Source of the DNA: Acidimicrobiia bacterium
GTDB taxonomy: Bacteria; Actinomycetota; Acidimicrobiia; Spongiisociales; ZC4RG35
DNA: 64,000 nucleotides
Direction of reading: 5' to 3'
Assembly: GCA_963665765.1 (NCBI GenBank)
Contig: OY762464.1
Location: 2,674,787 to 2,738,786, forward strand
Position numbers and translations under genes: made by a program. Positions within the stretch are counted from its first letter, which is position 1. Every line of letters begins with the position of its first letter. Positions 52,558 to 62,851 of the stretch are shown piece after piece. The notes beneath the pieces are model-generated. The model did no database searches, had not been told where the DNA came from, and was given only the letters and a program-made list of their open reading frames with translations.

Positions 52558-54132
52558 GTGCCTAGGAAGCGGATGACCTACCGTTGGCCGGCGGCGGGGG
52601 TGGCCGTGGTCTTTCTGGGCTATCTGTTCCTCTATCCCCTGGCCCGGATCCTGGGCCTGTCCCTGGGAGAGGCGGGAGCGTGGGGGGCGTTCGGCGAGGT
52701 GTTGGCCGACCCCGGAATGAGGGGCGCGCTGTGGTTCTCGGTGTGGCAGTCCGCCTGTTCGGTTGCTCTCACCCTGGTGGCGGCAACTCCCATCACGTGG
52801 GCGCTCTCCCGATTCTCATTTCCGGGTCGGTCCCTGGCCAGAGCCCTGGTCACCGCTCCCTTCGTGTTGCCGACCGTGGTGGTGGGATCGGCCTTTCTGG
52901 CGCTGGGTATGCAGGGAATCCGGGCGATTCTGGCGGCCCACGTCTTCTACAACCTGGCGGTGGTGGTGCGGACGGTGGGAGGAGTGTGGTCACGGATCGA
53001 CCCTGGTTTGCTCGAGGCGGCGCGCACCTTGGGGGCCGCCCCCCGGCAGGTCTTTTGGCGAGTGGTTCTTCCCCTGTTGCGTCCCGCGGTGGCCGCTTCG
53101 TCCGCCATAGTGTTCCTGTTCACCTTCACATCCTTTGGGGTGGTGCTCATTCTGGGGGGTCTTCGTTACCGCACCCTGGAGGTGGAGATCTGGCAGCAGA
53201 CAGTGGTGTTTTTGGATTTACCGGCCGCCGCCGCTCTGGCCGTCTTGCAGTTGGTGGGGGTAACGGGGGTGTTGGCCTGGTACTCCCGATACCAGGAACG
53301 CCGGTCGGTGGGAGTGGACTTGTCGCCGGAAAGCCGGAACCTGCTCCCTCTCTCCACCCCGGGCCGGAGATGGGGAGCAGGGGCGGCGGTGGGGGGAACT
53401 CTGGTCGCTCTCTCCGTTCCCCTGCTGATGCTGGTGGCCCGGTCGCTACGCGGCGGCGGGGTTGGCTGGCGTTTCCTGGTGGATCCCGGACTGTTGGCGG
53501 TTACCCCGGTTCGAGCAATGGCCAATTCCTTGTGGTACGCCTTGGCGACCGTCCTGATCGCGGTGACGGTGGGGCTGTGTGCTTCCACGGTGATCGTCTC
53601 CGGGAAAGGGCGAGCGTCCCGCTGGTTCGATGTCTTGTTGATGCTGCCCCTGGGCGCTTCGGCGGTGACGGTGGGGTTCGGCATGTTGGTGGCCCTGGAT
53701 TGGCCGGTGGATCTGCGGGCTACGGTGGTGTTGGTGCCCCTGGCCCATGCCCTGGTCGCCACCCCCTTTGTGGTTCGGGCCGTGACCCCCATGTTGCGCT
53801 CGGTGGACACCGGATTGCGGGAATCCGCTTCGGTTTTGGGCGCCTCTCCCTGGCGAGTTTTCCGGGAGGTCGATCTTCCCATCGCGGCCCGGGCCACCGC
53901 GGTGGGGGCAGGGTTTGCCGCCGCCATCTCTTTGGGCGAGTTCGGGGCCACCGCCTTCATAGCCCGTCCCGACACCATCACGGTTCCCGCCTTGATCTTT
54001 CGGCTGTTGGGACGTCCGGGAGCGGTCAGCTACGCCGGGGCCATGGCCATGGCGGTACTGCTGGCCGCCCTGGTGACGGGGTTGATCATGGTGGTGGATC
54101 GGGTCCGGCTGGGGGAGTTGGGGAGCTTTTGA
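52558..54132 (+). CDS. thiP: Thiamine/iron-type ABC transporter permease (two fused permease domains)
   Basis: 524-aa polytopic ORF with two EAA-like loops (LEAARTLGAAPRQVFWRVVLP and ESASVLGASPWRVFREVDLP). Confidence 0.8.
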   Translation: MPRKRMTYRWPAAGVAVVFLGYLFLYPLARILGLSLGEAGAWGAFGEVLADPGMRGALWFSVWQSACSVALTLVAATPITWALSRFSFPGRSLARALVTAPFVLPTVVVGSAFLALGMQGIRAILAAHVFYNLAVVVRTVGGVWSRIDPGLLEAARTLGAAPRQVFWRVVLPLLRPAVAASSAIVFLFTFTSFGVVLILGGLRYRTLEVEIWQQTVVFLDLPAAAALAVLQLVGVTGVLAWYSRYQERRSVGVDLSPESRNLLPLSTPGRRWGAGAAVGGTLVALSVPLLMLVARSLRGGGVGWRFLVDPGLLAVTPVRAMANSLWYALATVLIAVTVGLCASTVIVSGKGRASRWFDVLLMLPLGASAVTVGFGMLVALDWPVDLRATVVLVPLAHALVATPFVVRAVTPMLRSVDTGLRESASVLGASPWRVFREVDLPIAARATAVGAGFAAAISLGEFGATAFIARPDTITVPALIFRLLGRPGAVSYAGAMAMAVLLAALVTGLIMVVDRVRLGELGSF

Positions 54133-54278
54133 ACCCCCTGGGCATGTTCGAGGGCGGGTGGCGCCGCCCCGCCCCCAGCAGGTTGGTTCTCATCCAATCT
54201 TCAGGTGCCTCTCAGGTAAGGCTCAGGTCGGTTCCCAAGGGTTAATGGTGCATGACCGAGTAGCGAAAGGAGAAGGAC

Positions 54279-54752
54279 ATGCGCAAAGCAATTTTTGCCG
54301 GTGCGGTGGTGCTGGTGCTCAGCATTGGAGCGGTGGTGTTGGCGGACCATGGGGGAGGCCGGTTCGAGCGGGGAGACTCCACCGATGGGGAGCTCTTCGC
54401 CCATAAAGGCAGCATCTTGGAGGAAGTTCTGGCGGAACTGGTGTCCGACGGCGCTCTTGCCCAGGTCCAGGTCGACGCCATCATGACTGCCCTGGGGGAG
54501 AAGCAAGCAGAGCTGGTGGAGGCTCGTGAGCAAGCCAAGGAGCAACTCCAGTCCTTCTGGGAGGACGACGTTCTAACCGAAGATGAGATCAATCGGCTTC
54601 CGTCGGCGGATCACATTCTGCAAATGGAGGGGGTTGCCCAAGCTCTGGAGGATGGGCAGATCACCCGTCAGGAATTGGCGCAGCTGCGTTCAGATGGCGA
54701 TAGCGGTCACGGGCGCAAGGGATCACGAGACCATGGAGGTGAACGCCACTGA
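54279..54752 (+). CDS. Secreted/anchored helical protein, unknown function
   Basis: AAGGAGAAGG then ATG. N-terminal hydrophobic MRKAIFAGAVVLVLSIGAVVLA, then acidic helical repeats. Followed by a strong terminator. Confidence 0.45.
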   Translation: MRKAIFAGAVVLVLSIGAVVLADHGGGRFERGDSTDGELFAHKGSILEEVLAELVSDGALAQVQVDAIMTALGEKQAELVEAREQAKEQLQSFWEDDVLTEDEINRLPSADHILQMEGVAQALEDGQITRQELAQLRSDGDSGHGRKGSRDHGGERH

Positions 54753-54788
54753 GCACCGCCATTCCATTTGGCCCCGCCTAATCCGCAG

Positions 54789-54826
54789 ACGGGTCCCGGG
54801 GGCATTGATCCCGGGACCCGTTTTGC
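54789..54826 (+). terminator. Rho-independent terminator
   Basis: Perfect 12-bp stem acgggtcccggg / cccgggacccgt, 9-nt loop, then ttttgctgtt. Confidence 0.75.
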
Positions 54827-54964
54827 TGTTCGGGGTCTGTCGGCTGCGGCTGTCCAACCAACGGACACCACGCCGCCACCCCGACGCCATCCCAACGCCG
54901 ACCAGGCGGGGTTTACTTGGGCGCCAATGATCGGGTATACTCTTGCGAGGCTGATAACCCCCCG

Positions 54965-55039
54965 AGGGGTGTAGCTCCAATTTGGCAGAGCGCCGGTCTC
55001 CAAAACCGGAGGTTGCGGGTTCGAGTCCCGCCACCCCTG
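54965..55039 (+). tRNA. tRNA-Trp: tRNA-Trp (anticodon CCA)
   Basis: Hand-folded cloverleaf. Acceptor AGGGGTG/CACCCCT, D stem GCTC/GAGC, anticodon stem CCGGT/ACCGG with loop CTCCAAA, T stem GCGGG/CCCGC with loop TTCGAGT. Canonical position upstream of secE-nusG. Confidence 0.95.
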
Positions 55040-55080
55040 CTTAACCGTCCCCATCGTCCCAACCCAAAGCACCGAATAAT

Positions 55081-55419
55081 ATGAACCGACAGATGCGTCG
55101 ACTCGTGGAGCGCGAGGAGCGACGACAGAAAAAACAAGGTAAAGGCGGCCGTCAGCGGCGGGCTGATCAGGCCTTGTCGGCCCGCGGCAAGAGGAACGCC
55201 GGGTTGCCGCGTCCGCCATGGTATGTCCGCCTCGGTGGATTCCTTCGGGAAGTGCGCACCGAATTGTCCAGGGTTTCCTGGCCGACCAGGCGGCAACTTT
55301 TGAACTTCACGGTGGTGACGGTGGTGACTTCCGCGGTGCTCACGCTGGTCATTTTCGGGTTGGACGTGGCCCTCAAGCAAATCGTTCTGTACCTGTTGGG
55401 AGGTATCCAAGGTGGTTGA
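55081..55419 (+). CDS. secE: Preprotein translocase subunit SecE
   Basis: Basic N-terminus, FLREVRTELSRVSWPTRRQL, then a single TM segment. Synteny. Confidence 0.85.
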   Translation: MNRQMRRLVEREERRQKKQGKGGRQRRADQALSARGKRNAGLPRPPWYVRLGGFLREVRTELSRVSWPTRRQLLNFTVVTVVTSAVLTLVIFGLDVALKQIVLYLLGGIQGG

Positions 55420-56023
55420 AGCTGCGACGGCCGTGATGGCGGTGGAGGAGGAGGAACCCCAGGTCAGCCCCTATGACCTGCCCGGAGATTGGTATGTCAT
55501 CCATGCTTACTCGGGCCATGAGGAAAAGGTGAAGGCCAATCTGGAGAGGCGAGTGGATCATATGCGCTTCACCGACCGCATCTTCGACGTTCACATTCCT
55601 CGAGAGGATGTGGTGGAGATCCGGAACCGCAAGAAAGTCACGGTTCCCAAGAAGGTTTTCCCCGGGTATCTGTTGGTAAGGATGTATCTGGACGAAGACT
55701 CTTGGACGACAGTTCGGGATACCCCGGGAGTAACCGGGTTTGTTGCCTCCAACATGGGAAAACAGAATCGTCCTCCGCCCCTTTCCCGCCGCGAGGTCGA
55801 GCGGATGTTGGGCTTTCGGGAGACCAAGGCCAAGAGCAAGCCGCGTTTCAAGCCCTCCTGGGAAGTGGGGGAAACGGTGCGGGTGGTTTCGGGTCCCTTC
55901 AACGATTTCAGCGGGATTATCGAGGAGATCAATCTCGATCAGTCCAAAGTGGTGGTGTTGGTGGAGATCTTCGGCCGGGATACCCCGGTGGAGCTGGGGT
56001 TTGCCGACATCCAGAAAAACTAG
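55412..56023 (+). CDS. nusG: Transcription termination/antitermination factor NusG
   Basis: WYVIHAYSGHE, FPGYLLVRM, GVTGFV and KOW segment GETVRVVSGPFNDFSGIIEEI. The start (GTG 55412 or ATG 55436) is uncertain. Confidence 0.95.
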   Translation: MVEAATAVMAVEEEEPQVSPYDLPGDWYVIHAYSGHEEKVKANLERRVDHMRFTDRIFDVHIPREDVVEIRNRKKVTVPKKVFPGYLLVRMYLDEDSWTTVRDTPGVTGFVASNMGKQNRPPPLSRREVERMLGFRETKAKSKPRFKPSWEVGETVRVVSGPFNDFSGIIEEINLDQSKVVVLVEIFGRDTPVELGFADIQKN

Positions 56024-56050
56024 GAAGCTTTTTACAGGAGTTCGAGCAAG

Positions 56051-56479
56051 ATGGCTACCAAAGACATATCCGCCCGGGTGAAAATGCAGCTGGCGGCAGG
56101 GGAGGCTTCTCCGGCCGCTCCGGTGGGGACCTCCCTCGGGCCCCATGGGGTCAATCTCATGGATTTCGTGCGGGCCTACAACGCGGCCACCCAGGACAAG
56201 AAGGGCTCGATCATCCCGGTGGAGATCACGATCTACAAGGATCGGACCTTTTCTTTCATCACCAAGACTCCTCCCGCGGCTTCGCTGCTTCGCCAGGCCG
56301 CCCGGGTGGAGAAGGGGTCGAGCGAGCCGCACCTTACGAAGGTCGGAACCGTCACTTCCGAGCAGGTGCGGGAGATAGCCAGAATCAAGATGCCGGACCT
56401 CAACGCCAACGACGTCGAAGTCGCCATGCGAATTGTGGCAGGCACCGCCCGCTCGATGGGAATCGAGGTCTCCGGGTAG
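56051..56479 (+). CDS. rplK: 50S ribosomal protein L11
   Basis: [16 protein letters not shown]-type N-terminus and [11 protein letters not shown]. Confidence 0.95.
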   Translation: MATKDISARVKMQLAAGEASPAAPVGTSLGPHGVNLMDFVRAYNAATQDKKGSIIPVEITIYKDRTFSFITKTPPAASLLRQAARVEKGSSEPHLTKVGTVTSEQVREIARIKMPDLNANDVEVAMRIVAGTARSMGIEVSG

Positions 56480-56561
56480 GGGATTCCGGCCGGACGACAA
56501 AGCAAACACCAGTGGGAGGTTCCCGACAGCCTGGGAGCCGCCTGGACCACGGAGGTACGAC

Positions 56562-57269
56562 ATGGTAAAAAAGGGCAAGCGCTATCAAGACTCCTTGCGC
56601 CGTTACGACCGCCAATCCGCCTATTCGCCGACCGAGGCTTTGGATCTCGTCAAATTCATGGCTTCGGCCCGGTTCGACGAAACGGTAGAGGCCGCTTTTC
56701 TGCTGGGTGTTGATCCGCGCCGTGCCGATCAGATGCTGAGAGGTACCGTTTCTTATCCTCACGGCACCGGCAAGACGGTCCGGGTGGCGGTGTTTGCTCC
56801 GCCGGATCGACATGCCGAGGCTCTTGATGCGGGGGCTGATCGGGTGGGAGCGGATGATCTGGTGGCGGAGATCGCCGAGGGCGGCGCCCTCGACTTCGAT
56901 GTGGCGATCGCGGTTCCGGCCATGATGCCCAAGGTCGGAAGACTGGGACGGATTCTCGGCCCGCGCGGTCTGATGCCCAACCCCAAGTCGGGGACTGTCA
57001 GCAATGATCTGACCACCACCGTCTCGGCATTCAAAGCCGGCCAGATCGAGTATCGGACCGATCGCTACGGAAATGTCCATGCCGTGGTGGGAAAAGTCAG
57101 TTTCAGCACCGCGAAACTAGCCGAGAACCTGGCCGTGCTTACCGCCGAGTTGAACCGGGCCCGACCGGCCGCCGCCAAAGGCAGATACATCAGGTCTTTG
57201 ACGATCTCCTCCACGATGGGCGCCGGGGTGAAAATCGATGCCAATCTCCTGGAGGATCTTCCCCGCTAA
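56562..57269 (+). CDS. rplA: 50S ribosomal protein L1
   Basis: ATG 56562 gives MVKKGKRYQ..., FDETVEAAF, LGPRGLMPNPKSGTV. Confidence 0.95.
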   Translation: MVKKGKRYQDSLRRYDRQSAYSPTEALDLVKFMASARFDETVEAAFLLGVDPRRADQMLRGTVSYPHGTGKTVRVAVFAPPDRHAEALDAGADRVGADDLVAEIAEGGALDFDVAIAVPAMMPKVGRLGRILGPRGLMPNPKSGTVSNDLTTTVSAFKAGQIEYRTDRYGNVHAVVGKVSFSTAKLAENLAVLTAELNRARPAAAKGRYIRSLTISSTMGAGVKIDANLLEDLPR

Positions 57270-57661
57270 CAGGCGGCCGACCAACCCGGCGCGGTTTTGA
57301 ATCCACCCCGCGCCGCGTCCCCTCAATCGGCGTGGGATCCCCAGACGGTCAACCGGAACATCTCAACTGATGATCAACCGGGCCTCGGCGTTCCTGGATC
57401 AGAGCCACATTCTGGTTTGGTGTCCCGGAGGAGGCCCTTATCCGAAAAGGCTGGTGGTCTTGGTGAGACACATGGCCGGTTTTGCTGTGATACGCCGTTT
57501 TTTCTAGAATGCGACGGTACAAATCGATCTCTCGCCCCTCGGCCCGAGACCGCCGGCAGCCCGTTAGGGCTCAAAAGGAAGAATTTCCGCCGGCGCAGGT
57601 CGGCGTTTTCGCCCCTGGTACCTCGGTTGAGGATGCCGGGGTTTTTTATTGGAGGACCAAA

Positions 57662-58198
57662 ATGCCGATGAGCCGAGCCCAAAAGGCGGAGCGGGTAGCT
57701 GTCATACGGGAACAGATATCAGCCGTGGAAGCCGTCTACCTGACCGAATTCCGGGGCCTCACCGTGCAGGAGTTGCAAGAAGTCCGGCGGTCGCTCAGAG
57801 AAGGCGGTGCCCGGATGCGAGTGTCCAAGATGTCCTTGACCCGACTGGCCACGTCCGATCTGGGCTATGGGGACCTGTCGGAGTACTTATCCGGCCCCAC
57901 CGCCCTGGTGTTCGCCGAGGGCGACCCGTTGACGGCTGCCAGAACCGTGCGGGAACAGAGCAGACAAAATCGCCAGTTGGTGTTGAAGGGGGGAATGATG
58001 GAGGGTAGGTTCTTGAATCTCGACCAGGTGACCGAGTTGGCTTTGCTTGGTTCACGCTCCCAACTTATGGGCAAAATAGCCGGAGGATTGTCGGCGCCCA
58101 TCAACAAGGCGGCGGGCGTGTTTGCCTCTTTCACCCGCTCCGCGGTGGGCGCGTTCACCCAGCTTCTGGAGCGCAAGCAGGCTGCCGAGTCGAGTTGA
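57662..58198 (+). CDS. rplJ: 50S ribosomal protein L10
   Basis: ATG 57662 preceded by GGAGGA. MPMSRAQKAERVAVIRE...YLTEFRGLTVQEL. The track ORF from 57509 is an upstream extension through the leader. Confidence 0.9.
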   Translation: MPMSRAQKAERVAVIREQISAVEAVYLTEFRGLTVQELQEVRRSLREGGARMRVSKMSLTRLATSDLGYGDLSEYLSGPTALVFAEGDPLTAARTVREQSRQNRQLVLKGGMMEGRFLNLDQVTELALLGSRSQLMGKIAGGLSAPINKAAGVFASFTRSAVGAFTQLLERKQAAESS

Positions 58199-58226
58199 GT
58201 TTTAGATACACGGAAAGGAAAAGAAA

Positions 58227-58610
58227 ATGGCCAAGATGAGCACCCAGGAACTCTTGAGTGTCTTCGAAAAGATGACGGTGTTGGAGCTAAAGGATTTTCT
58301 CGACGCCTTCGAGAGTCATTTCGATGTGACCGCCGCCGCGCCCATGGCCATGGCGGCCATGCCGACGGCAGGAGACGAAGCGGAAGAGGAAGCCGAGCAG
58401 ACCGAATTCGATGTGGTCCTGACCGCCATCGGCCCTGCCAAGATCGCGGTGATCAAGGAAGTCCGGGCGCTCACCAAGTTGGGCCTCCGGGAATCCAAGG
58501 AGTTGGTGGACGCTTTTCCCAAGGCGATCCTGGAAGCAGTCGATGCCGACGCCGCCGACACCGCCAAAAAGCAGTTGGAGGGCGCCGGCGCCAGCGCCGA
58601 GGTTCGCTAG
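58227..58610 (+). CDS. rplL: 50S ribosomal protein L7/L12
   Basis: MAKMSTQELLSVFEKMTVLELKDF, Ala/Glu hinge, KIAVIKEVRALTKLGLRESKELVD. Confidence 0.95.
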   Translation: MAKMSTQELLSVFEKMTVLELKDFLDAFESHFDVTAAAPMAMAAMPTAGDEAEEEAEQTEFDVVLTAIGPAKIAVIKEVRALTKLGLRESKELVDAFPKAILEAVDADAADTAKKQLEGAGASAEVR

Positions 58611-58753
58611 AGACGAAAACCACCCTACGGGTTGGGCAGGAGGTTGCCGATTATCAGCCACTTAGCACCAATAAACGCCGGACCCAAGGGGGCGATGCCG
58701 GTCACCCCGGCCGCCGGTCTGGTGATCGCCTCCGGGGGAGGGGACAACCGAAT

Positions 58754-61306
58754 TCAGGCTCTCAGGTAGGAGGCCAGGGCCGGGGTTTGGCTCTCTCGGA
58801 GCAGGACATAGGCTGAGAGGCGTTCCCGCGCCTGGGCGGCGGCTTTCTCAGCCTCGGGCAAATGGAGTTCGGACAGGAAGGTGATGACCCGATCGGCGAC
58901 CTGGGGATGGGAGAGCAGGTGAACGCTGTCCACCAGATAGCGGGCGGTCATGGGGGGAAGGGAGGACACCAGTTCGGTCCACACTTGGCGCGCTCTGTCC
59001 CAGGCGTAGGGGCCGGTTCGTTTGCGGCGGAACAGCCATCCCACCACCCAGGCGGCGTCCTGGCTGCGGATGGTTCGGTCCAGCACCGCTCCGAGAGTGG
59101 CGTCCACCGCGGCTTCGGTTTCCACAAAGGTGAGAGAGCGCAGGAGTCGCAGCTTTTCCTGGGGCGAGTCCTGGTTCCCGTAGAGAGAAAACAGCCGTTC
59201 GTAGGTGTGGTCATCGCCGTGGGCGGCGACCGTGAACAGGCACGCCTCCGCCACTTCCGGGTCGACTCGGCGGGGATCGGACAGCCACTTGTGGAACCAT
59301 TCCTCCGAGCGGGCCACATAATCGGGGTGGCGAGCCAGCCTTCCCGCGCTGCCCAACACCAGCCCGCGCAGTTGGCGGGTGAGATCACTGTCGTCGGGTC
59401 CCGGCGCCCAACCCAGGCGAGTCAGGGTCGGGGCCAGCAGTTCCATGGCCAGAGTCGAGAATCGGGCTTGATCATCCTCGGTCACCAAATGGTGGTGCAT
59501 GGCGCCCAAGCCTCCCAACATGGCCGACCAGATGACGAACTCGGTCTCTTCCCGATAGGCGGTGGCCATTCCCAGATACGAGGACGCCGGCATTTCGCCG
59601 CTTTCCACCAGCGCCCAGGCGTCGTCGATCAGGCAGAAGCGTTCCAGATCGTCGAGTTGGTCCAAGCGGGTCAGCAGCGCTTCCTGGAGTCGAGCCGAAT
59701 AGGCCACCCGGTAGAAACCGTGTCCGCCGGCGTTGGCGGTGATCCAGGCCGGTGGAGTGTCCATTGGCACGGCGGACTGCCGGTCGGTCACCAATGTCCT
59801 GATATGAAAGGCGCCTCCCTCGGCCTCGCCCCGCACTTGGGCGGGGATACGCCACCGGGTGTGGTCGGCGGCGGGGATTTTCAGATGACGGCGCTGGGTT
59901 AGGTCGATGCCTCGGTCTCCGTCCTCGACCTCCAGCAGGGGGTATCCTCCCTGCTGGATCCAGGTGTCCATGATCTCTCCCACCGGTTGGCCCGAGGCCC
60001 GGTCGAGATTTCCCCAGAGATCGGCGGTGTCGGTGTTTCCATAGGCATGGGCGCGCAGGTAGTCTCCCACCCCGGCTCGAAAAGTCTCCTCACCCAGGTA
60101 CTGCTCCAACATCCGCAGCGCCGCCGAGCCCTTCCCATAGGTGAGGGCGTCGAACATCTCGTTGGCCTCCGCCGGCGAATGGACTTCGAATTCCACCGGC
60201 CGGGTGGTGGCCAGACAGTCCACTCCGTAGGCCCAGGGTCGTTCCAGCCCGGCAAAAGAAAGCCATCGCTTCCACTCGGGCCGCATGGCATGGGCGGCCT
60301 TCATCTCCATGAAAGAAGCGAAAGCCTCGTTGAGCCAGATGCCGTTCCACCATTTCATGGTGACCAGGTCCCCGAACCACATATGCGCCAACTCGTGGGC
60401 CACCACATCCAGGATCCGACTGAGCTCGGCCGTGGTGGCAACGTCGGGATCGGTGAGCAGGGCAGTCTCGCGATAGATGATGCAGCCGAGGTTCTCCATG
60501 GCCCCGAAGGCGAAGTCCGGCACCGCCAGGTGATCGATCTTGTCGCCCGGATAGGGAATGCCGTAGTAGGAGCGGAAATACCGGAGACAGAATACCGCCG
60601 CTTCCAGGGCATATCCGGTCAGGTGGAGTTTTCCCCGCGGGGCGACGATCCGCACATCCACTCCCTCCACATCCACCGCCGCGGTGGCCTGCAAGTCTCC
60701 GATCACGAACGCCAGTAGGTAGGTGGACATCGAGATGGTGTCGGCAAAGGTGACGGCGACCGTTCCCGGTCCGGCGGGGATGCGGCTGACCTGGGGACCG
60801 TTGGAAAAGGCGGCGAGGTGGTCGGGCACCACCAGAGTTACCCCGAACACCGCTTTTCGGTCGGGTTCGTCCCAGCATGGAAAGGCGCGCCGGGCGTCGG
60901 TGGCCTCGAACTGGGTGGTGGCGATCACCTGCCGGGCGCCGTCCACATCGGTGAAAAAGGACCGATAGAAGCCGTGCAGTTGATCGTTGAGTGTTCCGGT
61001 GAACGTCATGGTCAGCGTGGCGGCGCCGGACGGGCAAGGGTGGTCGAGGACGATGACCGCCCGTTGCAGGTCGGTCTGATAATGGACCGCTCCCGTCAGG
61101 CGGGTTCCGTCCGGGCGCATCACGGTCGCCTCGGCGATTTCCAAATCCACCGCGTTGAGAACCATTTCGGTAACCGGATTACCGACTTCCAACTGTATCT
61201 CGACGCTTCCCCCGAAAGTGAACTGCTCCAGGTCGGGCTCTATCCGCAGGTCATAGCGGCGGGGGATCACCGATCGGGGGAGCCGATAGGGGTCGGGGGT
61301 GGTCAC
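58754..61306 (-). CDS. pepN: Aminopeptidase N (M1 family)
   Basis: GTG 61306 forms a GTGA overlap with the gnd stop. GAMEN and HELAHMWFGDLVTMKWWNGIWLNEAFA (HExxH-18-E). The track ORF to 61660 overlaps gnd. Confidence 0.9.
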   Translation of the reverse strand: MTTPDPYRLPRSVIPRRYDLRIEPDLEQFTFGGSVEIQLEVGNPVTEMVLNAVDLEIAEATVMRPDGTRLTGAVHYQTDLQRAVIVLDHPCPSGAATLTMTFTGTLNDQLHGFYRSFFTDVDGARQVIATTQFEATDARRAFPCWDEPDRKAVFGVTLVVPDHLAAFSNGPQVSRIPAGPGTVAVTFADTISMSTYLLAFVIGDLQATAAVDVEGVDVRIVAPRGKLHLTGYALEAAVFCLRYFRSYYGIPYPGDKIDHLAVPDFAFGAMENLGCIIYRETALLTDPDVATTAELSRILDVVAHELAHMWFGDLVTMKWWNGIWLNEAFASFMEMKAAHAMRPEWKRWLSFAGLERPWAYGVDCLATTRPVEFEVHSPAEANEMFDALTYGKGSAALRMLEQYLGEETFRAGVGDYLRAHAYGNTDTADLWGNLDRASGQPVGEIMDTWIQQGGYPLLEVEDGDRGIDLTQRRHLKIPAADHTRWRIPAQVRGEAEGGAFHIRTLVTDRQSAVPMDTPPAWITANAGGHGFYRVAYSARLQEALLTRLDQLDDLERFCLIDDAWALVESGEMPASSYLGMATAYREETEFVIWSAMLGGLGAMHHHLVTEDDQARFSTLAMELLAPTLTRLGWAPGPDDSDLTRQLRGLVLGSAGRLARHPDYVARSEEWFHKWLSDPRRVDPEVAEACLFTVAAHGDDHTYERLFSLYGNQDSPQEKLRLLRSLTFVETEAAVDATLGAVLDRTIRSQDAAWVVGWLFRRKRTGPYAWDRARQVWTELVSSLPPMTARYLVDSVHLLSHPQVADRVITFLSELHLPEAEKAAAQARERLSAYVLLRESQTPALASYLRA

Positions 61307-62742
61307 CGAGGCGTATCCGGATTGGGGGATGACCAGTCGGTGTGGAAGAACTCGGTGGGAGACCGATCGATTCTCTGGTAGGTGTGAGCGCCGAAATAGT
61401 CCCGTTGGGCGGCCACCAGGTTGGCGGGAAGCCGGGCGGAGCGGAAGCCGTCGTAGAACGCCAGGGCCGCCGAGTAACCGGGGGCGGGAATGCCGGCCAG
61501 GGCCGCCTTGGCCACTATCAATCGCCACCCTTCGGAAGCCCCGGCCAAGGCCTGGGAAAAGTGGTTGTGCATCAGCAGGTTGGGGGGCGGCGGATCGGAT
61601 CGGAAAGCCGCCATCACCTGTTCCAAGAGCCGGGCCCGGATGATGCATCCGTTCCTCCATACTTCGGCGATGCGGGCCGGATCAAGCTTCCATCCGAACT
61701 CCTGGGAGGCGGCGGCCAGCACCATGAAGCCCTGGGCGTAGGACACGATTTTGGAGGCATAGAGCGCATCATGGACCCACCCGGCCAGCCGCATCCGGTC
61801 TCCGCTCAGGGAAGGTTTGCCCGGAGGGCCGCCCGGACCGTCCAGCACCCGGGAGGCGGCGGTCCTGTCCGCTTTGAGGGCTGAAACTCCCCGGGCCATA
61901 ACCGCCTCGGCCACCAGGGTCATGGGCTGGCCGAGGTCGAGGGCCACTTTGACGGTGTCCCGACCGGTCCCTTTCTGGGAGGCCAGGTCCAGCACTTTTT
62001 CCAACAGCGGCTCACCGTCCTCGTCCCGTCTGGCCAGGATCTCGGCGGTGATGTCCACCAGGTAGGAATCGAGAGGCCCACTCCGCCACCGGTGGAACAA
62101 CCCGCTCATCTCCTGATAGGTCATGTCGGCGGCTGCCAGCAGGTGATAGGCCTCTGCCAGCAGCTGCATGTCTCCGTATTCGATCCCGTTGTGGACCATC
62201 TTCACGAAGTGCCCCGCCCCTCGGGGACCGAGCAGGTCGCAACACGGGGTTCCATCATCCAGCTTGGCGGAGATAGCGGTGAGCGGATCCCGGAGAAGTT
62301 GCCATGCCTCGTGAGGGCCTCCCACCATTATCGAAGGGCCATGCCGGGCGCCTTCCGCGCCACCCGACACACCCACTCCCAGGTAGTGGACGCCCTGGGC
62401 GCTGGTTTCAGACAGACGTCGCTCGGTGTCGCGGAAAAAAGAGTTGCCAAGATCGGCGATCACGTCTCCGGGGGACAACCGGGGGAGGAGACGGCTTACC
62501 AGGGAGTCCACCGGCGCTCCCGCCTTCACCAACAGCAGGATCTTGCGAGGGGGCGCCAGCATGGCCACCAGGTCCTCCAAAGTGTCGGCGCCCCGCACGG
62601 GCAGACCGCGGGCCGGCTCGGCCAGGAAACGACGGGTGGTGGAGGCGGTGCGGTTGTGGACGGCCACCCGGTAACCGTGGTCCACCAGGTTCAGGACGAG
62701 ATTCTGTCCCATGACCGCCAAACCGATCAGCCCGATGTCCAT
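61303..62742 (-). CDS. gnd: 6-phosphogluconate dehydrogenase, decarboxylating
   Basis: ATG 62742 gives MDIGLIGLAVMGQNLVLN, GVSGGAEGARHGPSIM, VKMVHNGIEYGDMQ, RDYFGAHTY. Confidence 0.9.
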   Translation of the reverse strand: MDIGLIGLAVMGQNLVLNLVDHGYRVAVHNRTASTTRRFLAEPARGLPVRGADTLEDLVAMLAPPRKILLLVKAGAPVDSLVSRLLPRLSPGDVIADLGNSFFRDTERRLSETSAQGVHYLGVGVSGGAEGARHGPSIMVGGPHEAWQLLRDPLTAISAKLDDGTPCCDLLGPRGAGHFVKMVHNGIEYGDMQLLAEAYHLLAAADMTYQEMSGLFHRWRSGPLDSYLVDITAEILARRDEDGEPLLEKVLDLASQKGTGRDTVKVALDLGQPMTLVAEAVMARGVSALKADRTAASRVLDGPGGPPGKPSLSGDRMRLAGWVHDALYASKIVSYAQGFMVLAAASQEFGWKLDPARIAEVWRNGCIIRARLLEQVMAAFRSDPPPPNLLMHNHFSQALAGASEGWRLIVAKAALAGIPAPGYSAALAFYDGFRSARLPANLVAAQRDYFGAHTYQRIDRSPTEFFHTDWSSPNPDTPR

Positions 62743-62851
62743 TCTTTTGATTTCGGTCACTCGCCGAAAGGGTAATAGATCGGACCACCGTCGTGCCCCG
62801 GCAGGTGGGAAGAGGACCCGGGCGCCTTTTCGGCGGGCTATCTTTGCGGAG

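Noticed and set aside
54912-54941. Possible promoter for tRNA-Trp/secE: TTACTT, 17 nt, TATACT
   Set aside because: The -10 box is good but the -35 box is poor, and actinobacterial promoters are hard to call by eye. Evidence is insufficient for a feature.
57270-57661. 392-nt gap between rplA and rplJ with a GC hairpin (cggcgcgg...ccgcgccg at about 57280-57311)
   Set aside because: A long structured L10 leader is expected at this position. I cannot verify the specific fold by eye, so it is neither reported as a feature nor treated as novel.
58611-58753. Looked for a terminator between the convergent rplL and pepN genes
   Set aside because: Only imperfect short stems without a T-tract were found, so nothing can be supported.
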